Made by a program: the position numbers and the translations under genes. DNA of 64,000 nt from a virus: positions 16,046-80,045 of IMG/VR virus record IMGVR_UViG_3300024054_000015; one strand, written 5' to 3'. Positions 9,168 to 17,920 of the stretch are shown one piece after another; the first letter of the stretch is position 1; every line of letters starts with the position of its first letter. The notes under the pieces were generated by a model. It searched no databases. It was not told the origin of the DNA and worked only from the letters and a program-made list of their open reading frames with translations.

Positions 9168-10396
9168 CTGATCGGACCTCCCTGAAAGTAGTCCTCAAAC
9201 AAGTGTCGAACTTCTTTACTCACTGGACTGTTGCACGGTCCACTCACCTGAACTATAGCTCCGGCTCTCGTTTCGATTTGGCCCAGAGCTATCGGCTTTC
9301 CACCTCCGTTTCTAAGAACCAGTAGCACACTGGTCCTCTTGTCTATGGGATCGTGGTAGTTGGCAGCACAGTTATGAAGAGCCACCCCAATCTCCACGAG
9401 CTCACCGTAAGTCCTAACTGGACCAATGGTCGTTTCACCAACCTCCACAGTTGGGAACCTGTCTACCCAATCGTAGACGTACTCTTTGGGAACCGTCGGC
9501 ACCCAAGGATGGCCCCATCTCTCACGATTCGCGGCGTCTATAGCCTCGATCGTAGCGAACAGCCTTTCTGGTGGCATGGCTAAGACTTGATCAAACTCTT
9601 CGTCACGAAGTCTGGTGACCTCGTCCAGTCTGCCCATTCTGTTCTCCACCCTAAACCAGTCTCTGTACCTCCAGATGTACTCCAGGAGTCGCTTGATCTC
9701 CAGGCGCTTCTCCTTGGACTTCCAATACCATTTAGATGGAGTTAGTATCCCCTGCGACGTACCATAGCCTAGAGCTATGATATAGTCTGGAGGAACTATC
9801 GCCAGATCATTGACTTGTTGCAGAACCGTCTGCAAGTCAAACTTCCAGAGGATGAAGAAGTCCTTTCCCCTTTTGTACTTCATCCAAGTCTCCCTGACGT
9901 AAGGATCCTCGCAGAAGCAGAACTCGAGGTTATCTCTGTGAGGAACCTTCTTGTCACCAAAGATCCTGGTGTAGTTGTCGGCAGCTTTGACTGCCCGAAG
10001 ATAGAACTTCGGCTGTGCAGCTTTGATGTGCCGATAGAGAATGCCTGCTGGAATGCAGTCCTTGTCCAACTCATCCAGCGTTACATTCCCTCTACAGGTG
10101 TTAGACAGAATCATCAGGAACCTCTCAATAGAGGTATCAATCCTGTTCCCTCCAGCCCAAGCTCTGAGCTTTCCATTCTTAAGAGTCGGTTCTAAAGAAG
10201 GAACACGGCTATGCCATACAGACTCTGCTGCTGCGATAGCCCATCTCACGGACAGCTCTCTACTGTGTCCGCGTTCCCGAGCCTTCTTGTAGTTCTCGAT
10301 CATCTTAACGGCATTCGGCAAGAGTGCATGATGCCGTCCGATGTCGTTTACCCAACGAGGCTTGCCTGAAGACAAGCATGGAGTGCTCCAAGGCAT
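9164..10396 (-). CDS. PcfJ-like domain protein
   Basis: C-terminal ELVEIGVALHNCAANYH...VLLVLR...IVQVSGPCN; start MPWST coupled to upstream stop. Confidence 0.65.
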   Translation of the reverse strand: MPWSTPCLSSGKPRWVNDIGRHHALLPNAVKMIENYKKARERGHSRELSVRWAIAAAESVWHSRVPSLEPTLKNGKLRAWAGGNRIDTSIERFLMILSNTCRGNVTLDELDKDCIPAGILYRHIKAAQPKFYLRAVKAADNYTRIFGDKKVPHRDNLEFCFCEDPYVRETWMKYKRGKDFFILWKFDLQTVLQQVNDLAIVPPDYIIALGYGTSQGILTPSKWYWKSKEKRLEIKRLLEYIWRYRDWFRVENRMGRLDEVTRLRDEEFDQVLAMPPERLFATIEAIDAANRERWGHPWVPTVPKEYVYDWVDRFPTVEVGETTIGPVRTYGELVEIGVALHNCAANYHDPIDKRTSVLLVLRNGGGKPIALGQIETRAGAIVQVSGPCNSPVSKEVRHLFEDYFQGGPIR

Positions 10397-10686
10397 TACA
10401 AATCCTCCGCAGAAAGAACTGCGATCACAGTGGACATGTCTGAAGCCAACCCTCTTGGTGATACAGGGTGATCTGGCACCTTCTTGTGAGTGTTGTTCGG
10501 TCCATAAACCAGGATCACCCGCTGTCCTAGATATGAACTGTCCAGCATCTGGCACTCCAGCATGAACCATCCAGTAGGACGATAGTCACGCTTCTGCCTC
10601 AGCAAGATCTCTTTGAGACCTTCTGGAGTTTGCTCCTGTCTGTCGCAATACAGTTTTGCGAACTCATCGAACTTCACTTGCTTCAT
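10396..10686 (-). CDS. Hypothetical early protein
   Basis: RBS, tiled. Confidence 0.55.
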   Translation of the reverse strand: MKQVKFDEFAKLYCDRQEQTPEGLKEILLRQKRDYRPTGWFMLECQMLDSSYLGQRVILVYGPNNTHKKVPDHPVSPRGLASDMSTVIAVLSAEDL

Positions 10687-10719
10687 TTCCTTTCCCCTAA
10701 ACTAAGGTTACCGAACTCT

Positions 10720-10766
10720 ACCAAGAGCCAACCGAGGCTCACACTCCCTCGGTTGGTTGCTTGGTC
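10720..10766 (-). terminator. Stem-loop (terminator or processing site)
   Basis: CCAACCGAGG ... CCTCGGTTGG inverted repeat in an intergenic gap. Confidence 0.45.
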
Positions 10767-11097
10767 AGTTAGGTCGCTTGAATGTCAGGTGAATGTTGAA
10801 ACTGTTCGTCTTGGCACCATCAAAGAGCCAACCATCGTTTCTCATACGAGCGATGAATCTTTGTACGTTCTCCTCCTCTTCCAACTCGGTTGGGGGTCGT
10901 GGAATCACTATGACCTTGGTCGTGTAATCCTGATCCACTCGAGCCTTGCAGGGATTTTCTTCCAGACACTTATTCCACATGTCTGTTTCCTTTTGTGTAA
11001 TTCCCGGTCCTGCCGGAGCAGACTGTGCTAAGACCAGTCGCTTTGTGCTTTCCACGAACTTGCAGGCTTCGCAAACGCCGCAGCGAATTGTGATCAT
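10765..11097 (-). CDS. Hypothetical early protein
   Basis: ATGA coupling; CxxC. Confidence 0.5.
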   Translation of the reverse strand: MITIRCGVCEACKFVESTKRLVLAQSAPAGPGITQKETDMWNKCLEENPCKARVDQDYTTKVIVIPRPPTELEEEENVQRFIARMRNDGWLFDGAKTNSFNIHLTFKRPN

Positions 11098-11558
11098 GAT
11101 GCTCTTCCTATGCTGACGTTGAATTGAGCACAGAAGCTTCGCTTCGGGTTGGGTAACTCGATTCCGTCCAGTGTGTCAATGTCAAATGGCTCACTGGCAT
11201 TGCCGAGAGGGGCTGGCATCGTTCTGTACCACCACCACTTGACTCCATCACCATCCACATACTCCGGACAGTTCTCGTCCAAGCCTGCACAGGCTTTGGA
11301 GAAGTCACTGGTCATGTAGTCCTTCCAATCTCCATCACCCGGCTTGATGAGCCACCTTTCCAACTTGCCCTCATCAGCGGCCTCATCAAAGGCATCCTGA
11401 AGGTTAGAAGCAAACACGATGCACACCGGGAATCCATGGTCGTGAATCAACCACGGCACAACCTTGTGTGGATTGGACTCACCATCCGGAATCCAGTTGT
11501 CCAGATTCACGACATCGCTGTCAGAGAACTGGATTTCCCTGAACTTACTCATACTCAC
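11094..11558 (-). CDS. Hypothetical acidic early protein
   Basis: Tiled ORF. Confidence 0.55.
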   Translation of the reverse strand: MSMSKFREIQFSDSDVVNLDNWIPDGESNPHKVVPWLIHDHGFPVCIVFASNLQDAFDEAADEGKLERWLIKPGDGDWKDYMTSDFSKACAGLDENCPEYVDGDGVKWWWYRTMPAPLGNASEPFDIDTLDGIELPNPKRSFCAQFNVSIGRAS

Positions 11559-11902
11559 TGTTCTTCTCCTCTGTAGATCTCGTCCGCATCACCGGACTCG
11601 TCTGTATGGAGGTAAAGCTTCTGTCCACATGAACAGTAAGCGAATCCCTCCTTTACCTCCAGGATACCTTCAACAGCCCAATAGGTCTCACCGCAGGAGT
11701 CGTTCGGGTAGAACTTCCCGCAGTTGTGACACCAGAATCCTGCCCCTCCACACCAGAGCCGATTGTCTTCCTTGATCGATTCCGTGCATTCCTCTGCACA
11801 GGCAAGGTTCTTCCTGCCGCAGAATCCACAGATCTCATCAGGACCTTCGGCTGGTCCACAGTGAGGGTTCATGAACCACTCTTCTCTAGTAGTCATTGGC
11901 AT
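11555..11902 (-). CDS. Cys-rich (Zn-binding) hypothetical protein
   Basis: Several CxxC motifs; AAGGAG RBS. Confidence 0.55.
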   Translation of the reverse strand: MPMTTREEWFMNPHCGPAEGPDEICGFCGRKNLACAEECTESIKEDNRLWCGGAGFWCHNCGKFYPNDSCGETYWAVEGILEVKEGFAYCSCGQKLYLHTDESGDADEIYRGEEQ

Positions 11903-11949
11903 CTCCTTAGGTCTACTACGCTTCTCTCAGAGACTTCCCAACCGAAGGA

Positions 11950-12339
11950 TCACCACCGACCATGCGTCCACGTGCTCTCCTTGAGTTCGGACATCTTGTA
12001 GATCAAGGCCGGTTCTTTGAGGTACAACCCGTCCTCCGGATCCTCGTGCAGTTCCCAGTCCACGAAGGCTGCACTGTCGTATCGCAGCATGTCTTCCGGA
12101 AAGGAAAACAAGCCTCGGGCAACTCCGATGTGAACCCATCGGTACTTGACCGGACACTTCTTCAGGTCTGTGATCGGCAACCAGACGGCAGTCGCCGCTT
12201 GCGAGGGCACCATCCGCACGTAGATCTGTGCATCCGGTGCGTCGCTGGTCGGATAGGAAACCGTCTCCACTATCCGTCGTCTCTTGCTGGTTGGCAACTG
12301 AACCGTCGCCAACTCCCAAGGTTTCCACCTACTGTCCAT
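11950..12339 (-). CDS. Hypothetical early protein
   Basis: Tiled ORF with GGAG RBS. Confidence 0.5.
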   Translation of the reverse strand: MDSRWKPWELATVQLPTSKRRRIVETVSYPTSDAPDAQIYVRMVPSQAATAVWLPITDLKKCPVKYRWVHIGVARGLFSFPEDMLRYDSAAFVDWELHEDPEDGLYLKEPALIYKMSELKESTWTHGRW

Positions 12340-12535
12340 CAGCGTTCTCCTGACTGGCTGGAATCAAGACTTCCATCATGTTCCAGATGAGGTCATTGTA
12401 ACCGATGATCCCTTCCCACTGAAGGAATCTCTCCAAAACCTCTCGGGGCCGCATGTTGGCGATATCTTCCTCCGTGTACCCAGCATCATCCAGGGAATCC
12501 ACGACCATCATTGGTAGTCTTTCAACGTCGATCAT
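12329..12535 (-). CDS. Hypothetical acidic early protein
   Basis: TAGGAG RBS. Confidence 0.55.
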   Translation of the reverse strand: MIDVERLPMMVVDSLDDAGYTEEDIANMRPREVLERFLQWEGIIGYNDLIWNMMEVLIPASQENADGQ

Positions 12536-12720
12536 ATTGACATCTCCTAAGCTAAACCGAACACTAGAAACACAGCCCTCACGGTAGGAATCGCACCTAC
12601 TCTCGATCGCGTCTGTGAGGGTTAGCCCATCTTTACGAGTTTACCAGACTCTGGGCTGTAGCATGGGTCACCTCCTTTCATTTCGTTGCGCTTAGGGGAT
12701 GCAACGAAACCCATCAAAGG

Positions 12721-12753
12721 AGTCTGCTGGCAGAGTCAACCACCAGCAGACTT
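12721..12753 (-). terminator. Stem-loop downstream of the wHTH gene
   Basis: AGTCTGCTGG ... CCAGCAGACT inverted repeat. Confidence 0.5.
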
Positions 12754-12763
12754 GACCTCATGC

Positions 12764-13468
12764 TTACTCCTGGGCCTTGGCCTTCTTCAGTTCCTCACGA
12801 CCCTTGGCCGTGATCTTGAACCGCTTCCCTCGCACCCCCTCCTCCGGCACGAGCTCTTCGAGCAGCCCGCCTTCCACGATCTGGGGCAGCTTCTTGCCCT
12901 TCTGGATTCCAGTGCTGTCGGCGATCTCACTGGCAGTCCGAATGTTGCCGTCATCCATGGCCTCCAGCACCTTGATCATGTTCGGCGTCAAGCCATTGAA
13001 TGACTTCCGGCCTTCCCCCTTGGCCCTCGCCAGCTTCGGCAGCGGTCCAATCGAGGCCCGGTGCTTCTTGGCATCCTCCAGAATGCTCCACTCCTCGGTG
13101 TACTCCAGTTCCCGTTGGGCTTTCGCCACAGCGGCATCGGCCAGAGCGATCTCCTCCTCCTTCTTGGCCCTCTCAGCCAAGGCCAACTTCTTCTCGTTTT
13201 CCTTGGCCTCCTTCTTGGAGTTCTTCTCCTTTTTCTCCTTCTCCTGGGCTTGCTTCAGCTCCTTCTTGAGCTCCTCCATCTTCCGCTTGATGGCCTCCTT
13301 GGCCTCGTTCTGGGCCTTGGCCTTCTTGACGTTCTCCTCGTCCATCTTCTTCTCCTCGGGGGTCGTGGCGGGCTTCCCAACCGGCAGGGGCTTCGTGGTC
13401 CCCTCGGCGGCCTTCTTCTTCTGCTCCTCGGCCTTCTGCTGGTTCTGCGGGTTCTGATTCTTAGCCAT
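12764..13468 (-). CDS. Lys/Glu-rich coiled-coil plus C-terminal winged-helix DNA-binding protein
   Basis: LTPNMIKVLEAMDDGNIRTASEIADSTG...GLLEE...RFKITAKG wHTH; paralog at 32906-33226; AGGAG RBS. Confidence 0.7.
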   Translation of the reverse strand: MAKNQNPQNQQKAEEQKKKAAEGTTKPLPVGKPATTPEEKKMDEENVKKAKAQNEAKEAIKRKMEELKKELKQAQEKEKKEKNSKKEAKENEKKLALAERAKKEEEIALADAAVAKAQRELEYTEEWSILEDAKKHRASIGPLPKLARAKGEGRKSFNGLTPNMIKVLEAMDDGNIRTASEIADSTGIQKGKKLPQIVEGGLLEELVPEEGVRGKRFKITAKGREELKKAKAQE

Positions 13469-13577
13469 CTGTTGCTCCTGCGCTCCTAAGCGCTGTAAAC
13501 GAAACGAAACACGAAACACAGCCCTCCGCCGAGTAACGACACTCGGTACGATCCTCTCCGGAGGCTCCAAGGATCAC

Positions 13578-13631
13578 TGCCAAAGTGGCAACCCTTGGCA
13601 AGCACTGGCAACTAGAGCAAATGCCGTGCCA
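13578..13631 (-). promoter_or_regulatory. Sigma54-type promoter with downstream TGCCA-N3-TGGCA palindrome
   Basis: Minus strand TGGCAC-GGCAT-TTGCT (13631-13616) matches the RpoN -24/-12 consensus; TGGCAA phased at 13586, 13596, 13606. Confidence 0.65.
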
Positions 13632-13889
13632 TCACACGTATCCCCTTTCGCTCTTCCATGCGTCAAATGACAAGAGCAACGTCCTCTCTGCCGAGCGACG
13701 ATATTCGGTGATCCGGTCAAGCAGCTTCCCAAACTCGCAGTCGCTGCCGTACCGATTGAGGAGTTTGTGAGCCAAGAGCTCATCAATCTGAGACCTGGCT
13801 ATCTCTCCTGCGGCGTGCTGGATTTCATCCAGCGAGGTCCTCATCCTCCGGCTAGGACGCTTCATGACTTCTTCCCTTACTGGCTTCAT
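13632..13889 (-). CDS. Hypothetical early protein
   Basis: Tiled ORF. Confidence 0.5.
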   Translation of the reverse strand: MKPVREEVMKRPSRRMRTSLDEIQHAAGEIARSQIDELLAHKLLNRYGSDCEFGKLLDRITEYRRSAERTLLLSFDAWKSERGYV

Positions 13890-14149
13890 CAGATGGATCC
13901 CTTTCGCGAGTAGACCCCGAGGATCTTCGCGTCCTCGCCACGGTCGTTGAGGTACCTCAAGAGGTCAGACATCTTCGCCGGTTGCGTGACGGCAAAGACG
14001 TCGAGGCCTCCATCCACTAACACAAGAACGACGTGATCCAGTTCAACCGGCTCAAAGTCCCGGTCAAATCCGTTGTAAACGGTCTCGGCACCTGAATCTG
14101 TCACAGTGAACTTTCTAGGCTTTAGCATCCGAGTCTCCCTTTCCTCCAA
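13889..14149 (-). CDS. Hypothetical early protein
   Basis: Tiled ORF; exact start uncertain. Confidence 0.5.
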   Translation of the reverse strand: MEERETRMLKPRKFTVTDSGAETVYNGFDRDFEPVELDHVVLVLVDGGLDVFAVTQPAKMSDLLRYLNDRGEDAKILGVYSRKGSI

Positions 14150-14303
14150 CTACTTTCCACTGCCCGTAGTCCAACGCTGGACTACCACACTTCTTGCACA
14201 GCACATCCCTCCAGAGCTCTTTCGGTCCGGTATAGGTCGCCGGATCCTTGGCTCTCTGGCAATGGCCGCACTCCTGACACTCACGAATGAACCACTTAGT
14301 CAT
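14115..14303 (-). CDS. Small Zn-ribbon protein
   Basis: CQECGH...CKKCGS. Confidence 0.5.
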   Translation of the reverse strand: MTKWFIRECQECGHCQRAKDPATYTGPKELWRDVLCKKCGSPALDYGQWKVVGGKGDSDAKA

Positions 14304-14557
14304 ACTCTCATCTCCCCAAGTGTCAACCATACTTCAGAGAGGTTCTGCTTGTCTCGCTTAACGTGCAAGATCTTGTATCCGTGTTTCTTGATCCTCATTC
14401 CAGCGACGCTAGCGATTCTTTGCTCATCCATACTCTTCCAGCGGTCGTAGACCTCCATGGCTCTGTCCCTGGCTTCCTTCATGGATCCAGCCTTAACCAG
14501 ATCCGTCCACACGAAGAGTCCAGCTTGAACTCTCACTTTCCAAAAAGAGTCGGTCAT
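14300..14557 (-). CDS. Hypothetical early protein
   Basis: Start MTDSFW with GGAG RBS. Confidence 0.5.
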   Translation of the reverse strand: MTDSFWKVRVQAGLFVWTDLVKAGSMKEARDRAMEVYDRWKSMDEQRIASVAGMRIKKHGYKILHVKRDKQNLSEVWLTLGEMRV

Positions 14558-14801
14558 CTCACTTCTCCAAGTGAACCAAGAGTCTGTCAACCAGATCCGA
14601 GTCGCGGTCGTCGACCTCCGCCGCGTCGTTGAATACCTCCAACGCATGCTCCAGTTCGTCTCTGGTTAAGTTCCCCAGCGGCACTCCCGCCAAGATCTCC
14701 TTCAGTTCTGCTACACTCAACATTTTCATCCTAGCACTCCCTAAGCAATCATCGAGGAATCTGCCTCATCAGTGCCGGTAGATCATCTCCGGCAGAGTCA
14801 G

Positions 14802-14996
14802 TCACTCCTGGCTTTCGGCTTTCCTCGCAAGCTCCATCAGGGCACTGGTAATCTGCTCCTCTGTTATTCTAGCCTTTCGGCTCTTTGTGTTGTCGGTCAT
14901 CTGTACAAAACATCTCAGCCTTCTATTCGTTTTCGCTCTTATCATGTTCTCCGTAACAAACACGGAATTCATTCCACCTAGTTCTCTAACGCTCAT
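14802..14996 (-). CDS. Hypothetical early protein
   Basis: Tiled ORF. Confidence 0.45.
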   Translation of the reverse strand: MSVRELGGMNSVFVTENMIRAKTNRRLRCFVQMTDNTKSRKARITEEQITSALMELARKAESQE

Positions 14997-15397
14997 AGCT
15001 TTACTCCCAACTTTTCCATTCTGGCCGTTACCTCGGCCATCTCTTCATCACTCAAGGTTACTCCAGCCTGCTCGCAGGCTTGCAGTGCTGCCAACAGGGC
15101 TTGCATTTCATCCAGTTGCCCTCGCAGCTTCTTCGGCCTGTTCTTCTCTGCAATAAGTTCATTCTGCTTCTCGTTACTCTTATGGTAGCACGCCTGGCAT
15201 ACCGTCGTAACGTTCCAAGTGTCATAACCATTCTGGTTAATCAACAGCCTCGTAGCTTCCACTTCCTCCGCCTCCTCCACTGTAAGGCAAGGCTTGCAGT
15301 GGTAGGGGCAGTTTCGGCATCGTCCTATTCGGTACACTTCAGGTGGCATACTACCTGCCCTCCCGTCCTTATTTCCAAATGGTAATATTCTAATCAT
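14993..15397 (-). CDS. Cys-containing coiled-coil hypothetical protein
   Basis: GGAG RBS at 15401-15404; CxxC motifs. Confidence 0.55.
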   Translation of the reverse strand: MIRILPFGNKDGRAGSMPPEVYRIGRCRNCPYHCKPCLTVEEAEEVEATRLLINQNGYDTWNVTTVCQACYHKSNEKQNELIAEKNRPKKLRGQLDEMQALLAALQACEQAGVTLSDEEMAEVTARMEKLGVKL

Positions 15398-15473
15398 TCG
15401 CTCCACGCCTTACACTGCCTGCGCTGCCTGCTATACGCTGCGCCACTGTGTAGGCAAAAACCAATAGGCGCAA

Positions 15474-15505
15474 TAAAGCCCGTATGGCAAGCCATACGGG
15501 CTTTA
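15474..15505 (-). terminator. Intrinsic terminator-like hairpin of the island gene
   Basis: TAAAGCCCGTATGGC-AA-GCCATACGGGCTTTA perfect inverted repeat. Confidence 0.7.
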
Positions 15506-15521
15506 CGTGCGCTGCGCTGTG

Positions 15522-15875
15522 TTACTTGCCAGCGCTTACCAGCATGTAGTAGGCTGTGCCACCAACGGTAGTACCGTTGTTGCCAACGTAGCCGCCAGTG
15601 GTAACGCTTACCACTTGGCCAGCGCTGGCAAGCTTGCGCAATGTGCCGCGCAGTGGTGCCCATACAAGCTTGCCATTGCTGCGCTTGCGCGGCTTAAAGC
15701 CGCAAGCTTGCGCTACTTGGCGCAGTGTGTAGGGCTTACCTGCCTGCAAGCTTGCAAGTACTGCGCTGCCTTGCGGCGCTGCCTGCGCTGTGCTGGCAAG
15801 CGCTGCCTGCAATGCTGCAAGCGCTGCCTGTTGGGGGCTGGTGGTGGTGCTGGTGGTGGTGCTGGTGGTTGCCAT
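15522..15875 (-). CDS. Asp/Glu-free basic protein with probable winged-helix domain
   Basis: 117 aa with no D/E; AVLASLQAGKPYTLRQVAQACG...LRGTLRKLASAGQV looks wHTH-like; own promoter, AGGGG RBS and terminator. Confidence 0.7.
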   Translation of the reverse strand: MATTSTTTSTTTSPQQAALAALQAALASTAQAAPQGSAVLASLQAGKPYTLRQVAQACGFKPRKRSNGKLVWAPLRGTLRKLASAGQVVSVTTGGYVGNNGTTVGGTAYYMLVSAGK

Positions 15876-15907
15876 GTGCGTTACCCCTAAGCTGGTGGTG
15901 CAGTACC

Positions 15908-15968
15908 GTTGCTGCCACATTGGCAGCAACCGGCGTAACAGTGGCAACAACCGCAAGCGCTGTGCCAA
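15908..15968 (-). promoter_or_regulatory. Sigma54-type promoter with downstream TGCCA-N3-TGGCA palindrome
   Basis: Minus strand TTGGCAC-AGCGC-TTGCG (15968-15952); perfect IR GTTGCTGCCA-CAT-TGGCAGCAAC (15908-15930). Confidence 0.65.
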
Positions 15969-16102
15969 TGGCGCGCAAAATGGCTACAAGTGGCAGCGCG
16001 CGCGCACATATATGTTGTGTGCGCGCGCCGCCCCTGCCGGTCATTCACCATACAGACTCATAGAAAGTTTGGATAACATGGAAATACGACTATTGGAAAT
16101 AT

Positions 16103-16142
16103 CTAGACCTCCATACAAGATCCGTTTGTATGGAGATCTAGG
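16103..16142 (-). terminator. Hairpin downstream of the 16152 ORF
   Basis: CTAGAcCTCCATACAA ... TTGTATGGAGaTCTAG. Confidence 0.55.
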
Positions 16143-16151
16143 TTAGACTGC

Positions 16152-17402
16152 TCATCCTTGTGACTTGTCCAAGCTTCCAATGTCAATACCCATCAGGTCA
16201 CCAAACACTTCCCCAACCGTTGGACAAGCTGCCAACCTTTCCACTCCATCCTGGTCCTTGATTAGATCAAGGGTGACGTCCTCCTCAGCCAACTTCTTGT
16301 TTTCTGCGAATTTCCACCAGGATTGGACGATTAGGGCGACCCTTTCCTGGAGAAAAGAGCCTCCAGCAGAGTCCATCAGTTCTGATACAGCTTGTATGAG
16401 CAGCTTCATGGACTTGTCGCCAGAAGCGATGGCAGTCCAAAAGCTGCAAGCCTTATCCCACATGTCCCAATTCAGCAAGTCCTCTGTGGGACAGTCGGCC
16501 TGGATGTAGCCTGTGCCCTCGGAGTTCTCCCGCTCGCTGCTACTGGACCCCATGAGGTACAGCAGTGCCGCAGCGTATCCAGGACTGGGATAATACTTGA
16601 GCTTGTCGTCATTTCCATTCTCCTCGTATATGTGCCGCACGCACTCCAGGAGCTTCGGATGGCGTTGGATGAAGTCCAAGCTCTCGGCATGTGTACGCCT
16701 GGGAGCAAAGGCGTTTTCGCTGGCTCCAGTGCGCTGCCAGAGCAGCCTCACAGCATAGTCTGCCATACGGCTGAGCATTTTCAGCTTACGCTTGTCCTTG
16801 GACCTGGAGGCGTCCATGTCTCCAAACAGCCCGGAGGCGTAGATGGCATCCGCCAAGCTACGAGGCTTGCCAGTGTTGATGGTGTTAATGCTTTGGATGT
16901 CTTCACGTACTCCAATGTTGATGAAGCAGTGAATCTTCGGCTCTTCTCCCCAATGGTGGTACTTGTCCGGATTGTTGAGCCATTCCTGCTCAGCCAGCAC
17001 TAAGCCGATTAGGCGATGCTTCCCGTCGATCACTAGGGCTGTGCGGCTGATAATGATCGACTCACCGTTCGCCTCGCCGCCATCGCCGTTCCAGTGCCCA
17101 CCGAGTATTTCGCCCATCCACTGCAAGGCAGTAGCCATATAGAACGGTCGCTGCTTCTCGACGTTAAAGCACTTGGTTGCGACTCCATTGCGGTCCTTCA
17201 GGAGAAATTCTGTGTAGGGCTTGTCGGCGTTGTCCGACTGCTTCCAGCCTAGGAAGGTTCGAGCCTGCTCGGCTGTTAGCCAACCTACCTTCCCCTTGAG
17301 CTCGGGGTAGATCACCTTACGCTCTTTGGGCGGCGCTGGCTCTTTGGACTGCTTCTTGCTCTTAGCCTTGGACTCTTCCAACTTTTCAACAAACTTCGGC
17401 AT
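16152..17402 (-). CDS. ParB/Srx-like (DGxHR motif) domain protein
   Basis: NGESIII...IDGKHRLIGL and INTGKPRSLAD motifs; AAGGAG RBS. Confidence 0.6.
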   Translation of the reverse strand: MPKFVEKLEESKAKSKKQSKEPAPPKERKVIYPELKGKVGWLTAEQARTFLGWKQSDNADKPYTEFLLKDRNGVATKCFNVEKQRPFYMATALQWMGEILGGHWNGDGGEANGESIIISRTALVIDGKHRLIGLVLAEQEWLNNPDKYHHWGEEPKIHCFINIGVREDIQSINTINTGKPRSLADAIYASGLFGDMDASRSKDKRKLKMLSRMADYAVRLLWQRTGASENAFAPRRTHAESLDFIQRHPKLLECVRHIYEENGNDDKLKYYPSPGYAAALLYLMGSSSSERENSEGTGYIQADCPTEDLLNWDMWDKACSFWTAIASGDKSMKLLIQAVSELMDSAGGSFLQERVALIVQSWWKFAENKKLAEEDVTLDLIKDQDGVERLAACPTVGEVFGDLMGIDIGSLDKSQG

Positions 17403-17412
17403 GTGTTGCTCC

Positions 17413-17745
17413 TTAACCAAAATCAACTGCACTAGGTACAAACTGTTCCCTTTCGTCCAACTCTTCCTGAGGAACATCCTCAGGTTCTACTGGCTGTGCT
17501 GAAAGCGTTCTCCTTTCTTTGAGTTCTTCTTTTGTCAGGTACTGCCATCCACATAGACCCTCGTCTAGTTCTGGGGCTTCGTGGTTGGCAGTAGAGGTAC
17601 TAATGACCTTAATACCTATCCCTTTAGTAGTCCCACGGCCATTAGACCGTACGATGTGGTCCTCACTAGACCACCCTGCGCGAATTTTCGCAGTTTCCTG
17701 GGCAATTTCTTCCTCTGTGGGAAGATAGGGTGTAGCCCTCGGCAT
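17413..17745 (-). CDS. Hypothetical protein
   Basis: AAGGAGG RBS; PTEEEIAQETAKIRAGWS motif. Confidence 0.6.
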   Translation of the reverse strand: MPRATPYLPTEEEIAQETAKIRAGWSSEDHIVRSNGRGTTKGIGIKVISTSTANHEAPELDEGLCGWQYLTKEELKERRTLSAQPVEPEDVPQEELDEREQFVPSAVDFG

Positions 17746-17920
17746 TTGGAACCTCCTTTAGTTGCTGGCTGTTGTTCCAAGTATGCCTAATTATACACAA
17801 CTATTTATGTTTTAACAATAACCCCTTTGGGTGGGGCTAACAAGCAGTTCGGATCTACTTTGGATCTTCTTTAACTCTTACTCTAATAATATAATAATAA
17901 AATAATAAGAATACTGACCC

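Larger units (their letters stand above)
15403..16041. other. 639-nt island with no GA or TC dinucleotide
   Basis: Read base by base: last TC at 15402-15403, next TC at 16041-16042, no GA between. Confidence 0.95.

Noticed and set aside
12777-13489. Plus-strand Leu/Phe/Ser-rich ORFs
   Set aside because: Antisense shadows of the Lys/Glu-rich wHTH gene
15403-16041. 7-deazaguanine (DpdA) modification at GA as the cause of GA/TC avoidance
   Set aside because: No dpdA/folE/queCDE-like genes are recognisable in the window whereas hmU-pathway genes are; not excluded for the unseen part of the genome
15394-16146. Several overlapping ORFs on both strands of the island
   Set aside because: Absence of GA/TC removes TGA stops and inflates open frames; only 15522-15875 has promoter, RBS and terminator
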